Origin: Azolla caroliniana
Lineage: Eukaryota; Plantae; Polypodiophyta
Direction: 5' to 3'
DNA: 64,000 bases
NCBI GenBank assembly: GCA_043228905.1
Contig: JBHGNT010000017.1
Location: 5,146,001-5,210,000, forward strand
Each line of letters starts with the position of its first letter. Within the stretch, counting starts at the first letter, position 1. Under the pieces are notes generated by a model. That model was not told the origin of the DNA. It was given only the letters and a program-made list of their open reading frames with translations, and did no database searches. Position numbers and translations under genes: made by a program. This document shows positions 24,401-36,511 of the stretch, piece after piece.

Positions 24401-26776
24401 ACTGCCCCCGGTATTCCCCTCCGTTATCCGCTCGTATCGCTTTCAGCTTCTTGCCGGATTCTCTTTCCACTCTCGCGTGGAGTTCTTTGAAGACGGACAA
24501 TACTTGGTCCTTTGTCTTTAAGGGTGCCGTCCATAGCTTTCGGCTATGATCATCTATGAATGTTACGAAGTACTGGGCTCCGTCATGTGACTTCGTTTCT
24601 ACCTGACACACATCAGTGTGCACCAACTCCAATGGTGCGCTACGTCTCGTCGGTGGCCTTGAGTGGAAGGAGGTTCGGTTCTGCTTACCGGCCAGGCAAT
24701 CGGTGCACTTCTCCAGGTGCACATGCTTCACTGGAATAAGGTTGTCTTCTGCAAGCCTCTTCATCCCCTTCTCACTCATGTGGCACAGTCTTTTGTGCCA
24801 CAGCTCACCGGCAGTGTCGGCTGCCACATTCAGCTCTTCCGGACATAACCGGGCATTCATCAGGTACAGTGTGTTGACTTTCCGGGCCCGAGCCACTATC
24901 AGGCTCCCCTTGCTGAACTTCATTACGCCGTTCCGGATGCTACCTGTGTAGTCTTCATCGTCTAGCCTCCCGGCCGAAATCAGGTTCAATCGAACCTCCG
25001 GAACGTGTCGGACATCCTTCAGCAGCATTTTGCATTCGGTCGAGGTTGTCAACCACACGTCTCCTATGCCGGAAATCCGGCACGTACCTTCATTTCCCAT
25101 CCGAACACAGCCATGCTCACCGGCTGTGTAGGATGAGAAGTATCTTCTCTCCGGGGTCAGGTGGAACGATGCTCCGGAATCGACCACCCAGGTCGTCTCA
25201 TCGCCGGCAATGTTTAGTTCACCTTCTTCGGTGATGAGCATGATTTCTTCCTCACTTGCCGCGAGTGCCGTCGTTCCTTTCCGGTCCTGCCCTCGCCGAT
25301 CCGGACCTCTCCGGTCCGTGGCTCCCCGGTATGCACCGTTTCTCTCTGGTGACTTCTTCGAATCGGTGTCGTTGGCTCCGTTGTCCTTTCGGTAATGCCG
25401 ACAATTCTTTCGGAAGTGCCCCGGCTTCCCACAGTGGAAGCATGTGGGCCTTCCTCTTGACTGCGACCGGGTCCCCGACTTCTCCCGTCTTTGCGGACTC
25501 CGGTTCCATTGTCTTCCCCGTTCCGATTCGGTAAGCAGCGCCTTCGAGTCGGAGGCCGGTTCTTTATCTCTCCGACGCGCTTCTTCGTTCAAAATGCTTG
25601 TCTTTACCGTTTGTAGGGACAAGTTATCTTCGGTGCAGGAGGTGCTGAGAGTCACCACCAAGTTCTCCCAGCTGTCCGGCAATGTACACATCAGAATGAT
25701 GGCTTGTATTGCATCCTCCAGCGGGAACTTGATCGCCGCAAGCTGGTTCACGAATCCCATGAACGTGCTTACGTGTTCCACCATACTCTCGCCGTCCCGG
25801 TACTTGAGGTTCACTATCTTCCTCATCAGGGAGGTCCGGTTCAACGCATTCTTCCTCTCGTAGAGGCCCGACAGCTTCCGCCACATCTCATATGCGTTGG
25901 TGTCGTTCGCCACATGTTGTAGAACGCTCACGTCGACGTATTGCCGAATGGTTGCAACGGCTTTCCGGTTCAGAAGCCTCCATTCCGACTCAAGTACCCC
26001 CTTCGGTATTTCCGACCTGTCAATCGGTTCGTACAGGTCCCGAACAATCAGAAGATCCTCCATCTTGATCCTCCATCTTGTCGGTGTAATTCTGCGCATT
26101 CAGCACCATCATCCCTGGCTGCCCGCTGCTGCCGCCTTCCATTTTCTGCACTGCAGTCGCTCTGATACCAGATTGTTGGGAATCGACGCTCTCCGATTCA
26201 CCTTCACCGCTCGGCCACAACCGAGAAATCGCGAATCAATGCAGCAGAAAATAGGAAGCACAGAGAAAGACACGATAACACAGGGATTAACGTGGAAAAC
26301 CCTATACGGGAAAAACCACGGGAGTGCAAGACTCCAAACCAAACTATGCACAGAGAAATATACAATGGCGAGCTGCAAGGCGACGACCTTGAGCTCGCTA
26401 TCCTCGCCACAGGCGGCGGTATTACACAGAGGCGTCGACCTCTTCCTCTCTCACGCTCTGTCTCTCTCTCACGGCTGCTCTCTCTTCACTCCTCTTGAGT
26501 GGAAAAACAGAAAAATGAGTAGCATCATTAAACCTGTTTGCCCTAAGTCATATTTATACACATATGACTTTGGGGCTATTTACAACTATAGCCTCAAGGG
26601 CCCTTGGCAAACATATTCACAGATATGTCCCCGCATCCGGATCTCTCTCCGGGTACATTCGTCATCCGGCTCCGAAGCCGGGGTCTTCATCATCCGGTTC
26701 CGAAACCGCAACCGGGCTTGTCAGCATTCATCTCCGACATCCGACCATCCCATCCGAAGGGACCGTAATCCCAACA
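21452..26776 (-). mobile_element. Young full-length Ty1/Copia nested in a related Copia, TSD CAACC
   Basis: 603-bp LTRs 21452-22054 and 26174-26776 (two mismatches seen); PBS tggtatcagagc at 26159-26170; PPT next to 22055. Confidence 0.97.
22065..26142 (-). pseudogene. gag-pol: Copia gag-pol polyprotein with two premature TAG stops and an N-terminal frameshift
   Basis: CFHCGKPGHFRKNC, VVDSGAS, LWHKRLCH, DNGGEY, YVDD, ALSTTEAEY; in-frame stops at 23742 and 23247. Confidence 0.93.
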
Positions 26777-28565
26777 CAACCCACGTTGTCTCGTCGACGA
26801 CAAGGTTCAACTCACTCTCCTCGGTGATAAGCATTAGTTCTTCTTCACTTGCCGTGATCGCCGTCATTCCCTTTTGGTCTGGGCCTCCCCGATCCGAACC
26901 ATTTCAGTCCGGTAACTTCTTCGTGTCAGTACTATTGGTTTCCTTGTCCTTCTGGAAATGCCGACAGTTCTTCTGGAAGTGCCCCGGCTTGCCGCAATAG
27001 AAGCAAGTGGGCCTCCCCATTGACTTTGACCGTGTCCCCGACTTTTCCCGGTTCTGGGAACTCCGATTCCTTTGTATTCCGCGTTCCGATTCGGTAAGGA
27101 GGGCTTTCGCATCAGAGATTACCTCCTTCTCTCTCTGACACGCCTCCTCATCTAGCAAGCTCGACTTGACCTTTGCTAGGGATAACTGTTTTCCTTCCGG
27201 CCCGCCGTTGCCCAACGTGACAACTAACGTCTCCCAACTATTCGGGAGGGAACCGAGCAGGAGTAGGGCGAGTACCTCATCGGCGAGCGGTACTTCCAAC
27301 GAGGTTACTTGGTGTATCAGCCCTTGGAAGGCATTCATGTGCTCCGCCATACTAGAGCCGTCTTGGTACTGGAACCTCACTAGCTTCCGAAATACCGAAA
27401 CTCGATTAATGACATTCTTGTTTTGGAACATGATGCCGATCTTCTCCTAGAGTTCATGAGCCTTGCTGTCTTCATTGAAGTTGTTGTACAAGCTCATGTC
27501 GATGAAGCGCTGGATGTATGCCGTCGTCTTCATGTGCATCACCTCCCACATCATGGCGTCGATCTTATCCGGTCTCTTGTCCCTGAACTGAACCGAAAAC
27601 CAAAGATCTTTAACCACCAACATGTCCCTCATCTTCGACTTCCACACTGAGTAGTTCGAGCCGGTGAGATTGAACATGCCGCCGAAAGATTCTTCCATTT
27701 TTTGTGTTGTTCGCTCTGATACTAGTTTGTAGAGAAATGCGCAGAATATCGCTCGGCCACAACCGAGTAGTGAAAACACTTCTGTAAGAATCAAACACAG
27801 AAATAGGAAGTGGAGAGTACACAAGAAAAGGACGCAAGATGTTTTTGTGGAAAAAACCCTAATAGGGAAAAACCTCGGAAGCCCATAGACTCCGAACTAT
27901 CACTATGAAGAGAAAGGGGTACAATCAGAGACTTGGAGGCAACGACCTCGAGCTTTGTTTCTTCTCACAGTGGCGGTTACAATAGAGTATCGCTCTGTAT
28001 CTCTCTCTCACTCTCTCTCTATACAACAGTTACAGGAATATGACAACAACACAATCACACACTAAAGTAATTGCCCTAAGTCATATATATAGTTATATGA
28101 ACTTAGGGCTATTTATAAATATGGCCTCAATGGGCTTATTCAAGACATATTTACAAATCTATCTTCTCTTCCGGTTCTCACCGGGTCCACCGATCCGGTT
28201 TCCGGATCTCTTCCGGATCTCACCAGCTCTCTTTCGGTTCTCACCGAGTCCTCTTTATTCATTGCCGGATCCCATCCAAAGAGACCGATTTCCCAACAGA
28301 GATACCATGCTCTGATGATTTACAATGCTCTTGCGGGCTAGATCGACAAATTGGGCACTCACAAGTGCAGACTGCATCCTCTAGGGAGGAGCTATGGTGA
28401 CATAGAAGATTAACAGAGTCCTTGAGAAAACCCATTTGTACATGGTAAATACAACATGTGTATCGATCCTTTAAGCGTCTCACAAGGTGTGGCTTAAGAG
28501 ACTCGAGTGTTCGTAGTTACTTTGATATTTGGATGCATTTGCCTGAATGTAATAAATAAATCGAC

Positions 28566-29398
28566 CTGCGTAATAAAAAGGGAGTCCAGTAAGTATTCTG
28601 ATGCGCTCTGATGTAGCTAGTTAAAAATAGTGTGGTAACTGATTAACTATGATCATACTCTCGTAGTAACTAGTTGTTTCCAATAACTAATTAGCTATGA
28701 TCATATTATGATGTAGCTAATTAGGTATTACTAGTAGCTTGTTAACTATGGTCATATTCTGATGCTAATTAGCGATGGTTATAGCTAATTATTTGATAAT
28801 AGCTAGTTAGCTATTGCCAATAGCTAATTAGCTATTACCAGTAGCTAATTAGCTGATAATAGTTAAGTTTACTATTGGCAATAACTATTTAGCTATTACC
28901 AGTAGTTAGTTAGCTATGGTCATATTCTGAGATAGCTAATTAGCTATTGTGGTAGCTAATTAGATGATAATAGTTAAATTAGCTATTGGCAATCGTTATT
29001 TAGCTATTACCAGTAACTAGTTAGCTATGATCATATTCTGAGCTAGCTAATTAGCTATTATGGTAGCTAATTAGATAATAATAGATAAATTAGCTATTGG
29101 CAATTGCTATTTAGCTATTACCAGTAGCTAGTTAGCTATGGTCATATTCTAGGGTAGGTAATTAGCTATTGTGGTAGCTAATTAGTTAATAATAGCTAAA
29201 TTAGCTATTGGCAATAGCTATTTAGCTATGGTCATATTCTGAGATAGCTAATTAGCTGATAATAGCTAAGTTTACTATTGCCAATAGCTATTTAGCTATT
29301 ACCAGTAGCTAGTTAGCTATGGTCATATTATGAGGTAGGTAATTAGCTAACTAACTAAACCCAAAAATCAAAACAAAAGTTGAGATAAATGTAAATAC
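28566..29398 (-). repeat. Transposase intron (copy B) filled with TAGCTAATTAGCTA array
   Basis: Minus-strand caa|gtattt donor and ttacgcag|gtc acceptor flank the array. Confidence 0.85.
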
Positions 29399-31172
29399 TT
29401 GAGGTACATCAAGAAGATGAATGGGATGGTCCCCGTATTGACTCCTTCCAACACGTTTCCTACATAAATCCTTCTTAGTGGGTGAAACCCTACTCTCATT
29501 AGTCCAAAATATGGTGATTATATCCTTGATTTATGATGTTATGGGTGTCATTGGATTACATCTTGTTATTAGCTTTAGCAGGCTAGTTCCTTGACTACTT
29601 GAAATTATCCGGCTCATTGTATTGTACATAGTTTTTCTATTAACACCAATTACCTTAGATAACACACTGATGTTAAGATCGTCAACATCACTATTAAGTA
29701 GCATCATTAGACTAGACCTTTTTAAGACAAGATCGTCTTCTGACCTCCTCATGGATACGAAACTATTACAGAGATTAGTTACTAGTATAGAAGTTATGTT
29801 TGCATTAAGACCATCACAATCAACTAAGTCCTTTATCGATGGATCATTTAATATTCCATAAAGTACTACCTTCTTGTCTTCATTGCTGATGTGTTTGGTC
29901 TGAACATTGAAATAGTCTACAACCGTTCTCTCTATGATAGTAGTCTGATTACTTCCATTCTTAGTGGTATTTAGAACTATATCGCAACCAATACTATCCT
30001 TACCTTTAGTGAATGTGGCTTTTGTATCCTTCAAAAATTGACAATGTTTCCTTTTTTTTTCTGCCCAATACTTTCGTATCGCTTGTTGTGTCCTGATAGC
30101 GTCATCCTTATCCTAATGATCCACCCTCCTTCCCCTTCCATTTGTCTTGACATATTGGTAAACACCCTCCTTCCCTGCCCATTTTTCTTGACATATTCTT
30201 TAGTAAAATTCCACAAAAAAAAAACACGTTGCTAGTTACTAAACCACAACAGCGATCCAACCATTGGTAAGTTTATGTTTTTTGTAGCGAAGTGAAAGCT
30301 ACTCAACCACCATTGAGAACAAGCTAAGATGACTATGGACAACAACAATACACAAAATTATTCCGCAATACACAAGATTACACACAACAATACAGAAGAT
30401 AATCAACAGACGGAACAATTATTGCAATCCAAGACCGAACAATTGAAGGACATAGCGTGGAATATTGCTCGGCCACAACCGAGTCTTGAATCACTTCGAT
30501 GAGAATCAAACTAACACAGAGATGGGGTTGGGGATCAGTAAACATACACACACGAACAATAGAGAGTACACAAGATCTTTACGTTGTCGTGCCTTTCGGC
30601 GCCAGATCGTTTGCGTGAGTCGGATGGGAACCGCTAGGGTTTTGGACCAGGAAGAGGAGAGTTTTAAGGCTAATAAGAATATAAATATGTTGTAAGAAAG
30701 AGTTATAGCAAACTCGTGAATCCCACGAGTGTATTGTATCAGATTAATCAATATGAATATAAGAATATAAATTTGGGTTGAAAGAGAATGATATAGAATC
30801 CTCGTGAATCCCACGAGTATAGTTTATTAATTGGTGTTTTTTAGAAACATATCCAGTTTCCAAATATTTTTCACCCTTTTTTGCATTGTGCTTCCCATCC
30901 TTATGTAGTGATGAGGGAGTCTTAGTAATCCTTGCTTTTTTTTTCTAACTATAGACTCCATGCTTTTCCTATAGATAGACTATATGCTTTATCTAAAGTG
31001 ATCATGCTTTTTCTAACTTGCACATTTTTTTATCAACTATAGCGTTCATGCACGCTAGATGTGCATGCGTAGCTTTTTCTTTTAGCATATGCGTTTTCTT
31101 TTAACTAATGTTTATCCTAGGTGAACTAACCTTTCTACGTGGAACATCTATTTTTTAACACTAATGAAATGC

Positions 31173-31226
31173 TAGTGTAATGGTAAGGTTTCACATTATT
31201 AACATGGAGGTGCAAGGTTCGAATCT
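31173..31226 (+). promoter_or_regulatory. tRNA-like A box + B box in LTR U3
   Basis: TAGTGTAATGG, 32 nt, GGTTCGAATCT. Confidence 0.7.
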
Positions 31227-32908
31227 TGCCCTATGCATGTTATATATATTTTAATATTTTCTACTATTTATTCATATTTATTAAATCGGTACTTTATAAG
31301 TTTTTCACGTAGTGTACGAAATACACTACGATACTCGCCCCCTCCGAACCCACACATCCTCCGGTATGTGCCGAAGTTGTCGGTGATTGTTAGTCTCGTC
31401 CGTCCGTTTTCCGCATGGTTGGTTTCGTCGCCGGTCATTTTTGGTTGCCGGCCCCTTTCGGTCTCCGGTTTTTGGTTGCTGACTTTGCCCGGTTTCCGTT
31501 TTGTTCGGTTGCAGGCTCTATCCGGTCTCCAATTACCGGCCCTCGTAATTCTTCTTTACTATCCATTTCTCTTGCTATGTCGGCTTTGTCTCTCCATTTT
31601 GAACACATCCATTCTTTCCACCCAAACCATTGTCGCCATCTGATCCACCATAGTCTTCGTTCGATTTTTGCATTGCTATGGCCTGCTTGGTCCTTGTCAT
31701 CCGTGGTAGTGTCTTTGCTTGGCCTCTTCCTTGTCTTTATCAATATTGATTTCTTTTCGGATCTCCGGTTGAGTCGGATTAGCTTCTTTCCGAATCGGTG
31801 TCGTCCGATCGTCTTTTGGTTGGATCGGCTTCCGTTCCGATTCGTATTCGGCCGATTCGGACTCGGTTGACCGGTTTTTACTGATTCGGCCCCCTTTCGG
31901 GTCGGTTTCGACCAATCGGTTTCCGTCTAGATTTTCTTTCTTTTCTTTGTTTTCACCGGTCTCGACCGGTTTGACTTCCGGAACTTCTTTCCTGATTGGT
32001 CTCATTCAATCGACTTCCGGTTGGAATGATTTACGTCCGTGTCGAACTCTCGAATTTTGTCCGGATCCACTTCTGCTTGCTTTAGAGGTGAAAGCATGAG
32101 AGTGGAAACAATTAGCTATGTCCTTGACATAGCTAATTAGCTATGCAAAAAGCTACCATTGATAAATAGTCATTTTAGCAAAAAGCCATCATTAATAAAT
32201 TGACTATGCAAAAAACTACCATTGAAAATACTAGAGTGTTTTAATTACATATGTAAATGAGCACCATAAATGTGCAACATAAATTGATATGTGCACCATA
32301 AATGTGTACCATAAATTATATATCAAATTCGTAGGTCCATTATGCATGATCCTTTGCCACATCACGTAGGCCATCTCTAGTTGAGTATTATGGGTTAGTT
32401 GCTACCACTGTTACTAAACCCTATCGAGTCCACCTATCGCCACTCTACACTCAGGGGCCGCTACTGTGAAGGTCGTGTATTGCTGCCACTTTTCGACCCG
32501 ACGGCGTTAACAACTCCACTACCGCCATTCTACTCTCAGTTGTCTTCTTTGTGCATTCCAAGCATCATCGGTAACTGTTCAATCTTTCGAGGTCCTCTCC
32601 TCCATTGCCATCATTCTACACTCAGTTGCCGCTACTGTCCAGTCCTGGATTGCTTCCACATTTCGATTTGACGGAGTTCACTCATCCAACGGCAACATTC
32701 TACACTCAGTTGTCGCCATTGGTCGGTCCTGGATCGCCTCCTCAACTGTTCGATCCAACGGAGTGAACTCCTCAACTGTTTGTTCTTGGATTGCAATAAC
32801 TTTTCTGTCTATTGATTATCTTGTGTATTGTGGAATATTTTTGTGTATTGTTGTTGCCCATAGCCATCTTAAATACTTGTTTTTTTTCTGGAAATTTAGG
32901 ATTTTAAT

Positions 32909-35900
32909 ATGTCCAGCCAAATGGAAGGGGAAGAAGGGTGTTTAGAATTACCCCTCAATGATAATAAGGATAGGGATGATGCTATTAGGACACAACAAGC
33001 CATACGAAACTATTGGGCAAAAAAAAAAAGGAAACATCGTCAATTGTTGAAGGATATGAAAGCCACACTCAGTAAAGGTAAAGATAGTTTAGCTGAGAAT
33101 GTAAGTAATGCGACTACAATCATAGAGAGAAAGGTTGTAGACTATTTCAATGTTCAAACCAAGCACATCAGCAATGAAGAAAAGAAGGTAGTACTTTATG
33201 GAATATTAAATGATCCATCGATAAAGGACTTAGTTGATTGTGATGGTCTTAATGCAAACATATCATCTATTTTAGTAAATAATCTTCGTGATAGTTTCGT
33301 ATCCATGAGCAGGTCAAAAGATGATCTTGTCTTAAAAAGGTCTAGTCTAATGATGTTACTTAATAGTGATGTTGACGATATAAACATCGGTGAGCTATAT
33401 TAAGGTATTTGGTGTTAGTAGAAAAATAGTGTACAATACATTGAACCATCTAATTTCCTCGGGTGAAGGAACTAGTCTACTAAAGCTAACTACAAGATGT
33501 AAGCCAATGACACCCATAACATCAGAAATCAAGGATGTAATCACAATGTTTTGGACTAATGAGAGTAGGGTTTCACCCAATAAAAAGGATTTATGCAGGA
33601 AACGTGTTGGAAGAAACCAATACGAGGAGCATCCCATTCGTCTTCTTGATGTACCTCAGGTATTTACATTTATCTCAACATTTGTTTTGACTGTACACAG
33701 AAAGTTAATTAGCTCAGTTAGCAGAAAAGCTAATTAACTTATCAATTACATTTACCTCAGTTAGCTACTAGGATAGCTACTACGTAGGTAACTGGCTACT
33801 CTCAATAGCTAATTTACTTACTACCAGATAATTAGCTACCAAAATAGCTAACTAGCTACCATGATAGCTAATTTGGTTATTACCAGATAATTAGCTACCA
33901 GAATAGCTAATTAGCTTTTAGGATAGCTAATTAGCTATTAGAATAGGGTTTTAGCTACCAAAATAGCTAACTACCTACCATGATAGCTAATTAGCTACTA
34001 TGATAGTTAGCTACTCTAGTTATTACCAACTAATTAGCTACTAGGAAACCTAATTAGCTACCATGATAGCTAATTAGGTACTAGGACAGCTAATTAATTA
34101 CCATGATAGCTAATTAGCTACTAGAACAACTAATTAGCTACTAGGACAACTAATTAGCTATTAGGATAGCTAATTAGCTACTAGGATAGCTAATTAGCTA
34201 CTAGGATAGCTAATTTCGTTATTACCAGCTAATTAGCTACTAGGAAAGCTAATTAGCTACCATGATAGCTAATTAGCTACTAGGACAACTAATTAGCCAC
34301 CATGATAGCTAATTAGCTACTAGACCAGCTAATTAGCCACCATGATAGCTAATTAGCTACTAGACCAGCTAATTAGCTACTAGGATAGCTAATTAGCCAC
34401 CATGATAGCTAATTAGCTACTAGACTAGCTAATTAGCTACCATGATAGCTAATTAGCTATGAGGACAGCTAATTAGCTACCATGATAGCTAATTAGCTAC
34501 TAGAATAGCTAATTAGCTACCATGATAACGAATTAGCTACTAGGACAGCTAATTAGCTACCATGATAGCTAATTAGCTACTAGAATAGCTAATTAGCTAC
34601 TAGGATAGCTAATTAGCTACTAGAATAGCTAATTAGTTACGAGAATAACTAATTCCCCTTTATTACGCAGGTTGATTTATTTATTAGGTTCAAACGAATG
34701 CATCCAAATATCAAAGTTCAACTACAAATATTCGAGTCTCTTAAGCCACACTTTGTGAGACGCTTAAAGGATCGATACACATGTTGTTGCATTTACCATG
34801 TACAGATGGGTTTTCTAAACGACTCTGTTAATCTACTACGTCACCATAGCGCATCCCTAACTAGTACAGTTTGCACATGTGGGTGCCCAATCTGTCGAAC
34901 AAGCCCGCAAGAGGAGTGTAAATCATCTGAGCACGTTATCTCTTCCATGAGTTATTTATTAGATTCAATATTGTGTCCGAGAGAAACTGACGCTATCTTC
35001 CATAGTCATAAATGTGTCATGGGTTTATGTCAAGATTGTGGCCCTACTAGATTTAGGTGGTGTCCAAATGAATTGAGTAGTGAAATATTGATCTCTGTGA
35101 AGTTATTTGAGTCAGTGAACACCAATTTCGAAGGAAAGGTGTGTAAAAGAAAGGATCTAGTTCGGAAGATGCTTAAACCAAGGGATTTGGTGTCACTGTT
35201 TGTAGTATCTCTAGGAAAGTTCATTAAACACAACTTCATTTATTCATGGCAGGCCCATCAGTTTAAGACTTGCATATCTGATTTCCCAAATGATGTAGTA
35301 GTCTTAGTAGTAGATTTCGCAAAGAATTATACTTTCAAGCAGCAGAATGAAATTCAATCTATGCATTGGTGTTCAGTTCAGGTAACCATTTTTGTGCACA
35401 TAACATATTTTCGAGTTTCAGGTGATGTTAAAAAAGTAATTCATTTCTTTATTTCTGATGATAAGAAGCATGATACCTTGTTCGTCCAACACTGTTTTAA
35501 GTTACATTGGCAGTGGTTATTAGCTCAACGTTTGGAGCTTACTCAACATTGGGTCTGGTCTGACGGAGCTGCGTCACAATTCAAGGCTCGACATCCATTT
35601 TATTTTGTGGGGAGGTATCTTGCTATAACAGGTTTGGAGATGAGATGGAATTTTTTTGGGTTTGGCCATGGTAAAGGTGAACATGATGGTGCAGGGGCTA
35701 TTATAAAGCAGGCACTTACCCATGAACAACTAAAGACAGATGGTGTGCACAAGAATTGTGCATCACATGTAGTTGAATTTTTAAGAACAAATATGTCAAC
35801 GAGTGCAATAGGTGTTTATTCCTAGCAAGTCCGAGATATCAAACGTGAATTTTGGGAAGTGACGATAGATGAAGTAAATAGGGAGAAGACCTAGGAGTGC

Positions 35901-36511
35901 CAAGGAATTCCCAAATTGCGATCTCTGCATGCTGTTCGCGGTTATTCCAGGTTGGATGGTCATTGTATTGCGGTTAGAGAATTGACTTGTTTTTGCTTCC
36001 ATTGTGTGCAGGGAAATTGGAGATATTGTCTAAACAAAGCATACATTCAGAATTGGGAGTATCACACTCTGAATGATAAGGAAGCAGTTGATGGAGAAAC
36101 AAGGCAGAATGCTCACTTCACATATGAGGGACTTGGAGATACTTTGAGTGATGTCCTGAACGTTGGGGATAACTTCGCTGTAAATGCTGAAGAAGGCAAT
36201 TCAGAGGGTGCTGATTTCTATATATTGAAGTGCACGGTTAGTAAATAGTGTGCAAGGTAGAATATTGTAGATGCATGGGGAAATTTGTATCTGTCGGGTC
36301 ATTCTACATCGAAGGCATTGTTTATGCAAAACTAGATGACTACGAATATGTGTACAGGCTGTTAGAAGACAAACCAATGACGTACATGTACTCTCATTTG
36401 GTCAGGTGCATCAACGTCCCAATGTCAGAATACAATAGCTGCTCAGGTTTATACATTGTTGGTGCTAATGTGTATGAATGTATTTACAATAGTATGCCAT
36501 GGAATTTGTAG
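32909..36511 (+). pseudogene. Spliced Sola2-like DDD transposase, copy A (intron 33660-34670)
   Basis: Splicing joins LLDVPQ|VDLFIRFKRMHP in frame. Motifs TCCCIYH, VVDFAKNY...QNEIQSMHW...QVT, ISDDKKHD, WSDGAASQFK, GHGKGEHDGAG and C-terminal CFCFHC. A few stops and frameshifts. Confidence 0.8.
33660..34670 (+). repeat. GT-AG intron made of TAGCTAATTAGCTA tandem array (20-bp period at 34180-34640)
   Basis: cag|gtattt ... ttacgcag|gtt; units such as tagctaattagctactagga and tagctaattagctaccatga. Confidence 0.92.

Larger units (their letters stand above)
17766..28298 (-). mobile_element. Ty1/Copia element (degenerate), TSD GAGAT
   Basis: LTRs 17766-18316 and 27728-28298; iMet-type PBS near 27713-27724; gag-PR-INT-RT-RH fragments on minus; gagat at 17761-17765 and 28299-28303. 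Confidence 0.93.
16224..30153 (-). pseudogene. Sola2-like DDD transposase, copy B (intron 28566-29398; Copia inserted at 17766-28298)
   Basis: Fragments WVWSDGATSQFK, GHGKGEHDGA and RRLKDRYTCCIYH match copy A; same splice sites. Confidence 0.8.
8525..30455 (-). mobile_element. Two-gene DNA transposon, copy B (both ends truncated, interrupted by a chromovirus and two nested Copias)
   Basis: Segments 8525-9654, 14694-17765 and 28299-30455 are collinear, inverted homologues of 32083-44513. Confidence 0.85.

Noticed and set aside
25897-27000. 367-aa plus-strand ORF (and 21454-22224)
   Set aside because: Antisense read-through across LTR and gag junctions, no recognisable domain.
33720-34650. 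Palindromic repeat array resembling CRISPR
   Set aside because: 14-bp repeat with about 6-bp recurring spacers, no cas genes, lies inside a eukaryotic intron.
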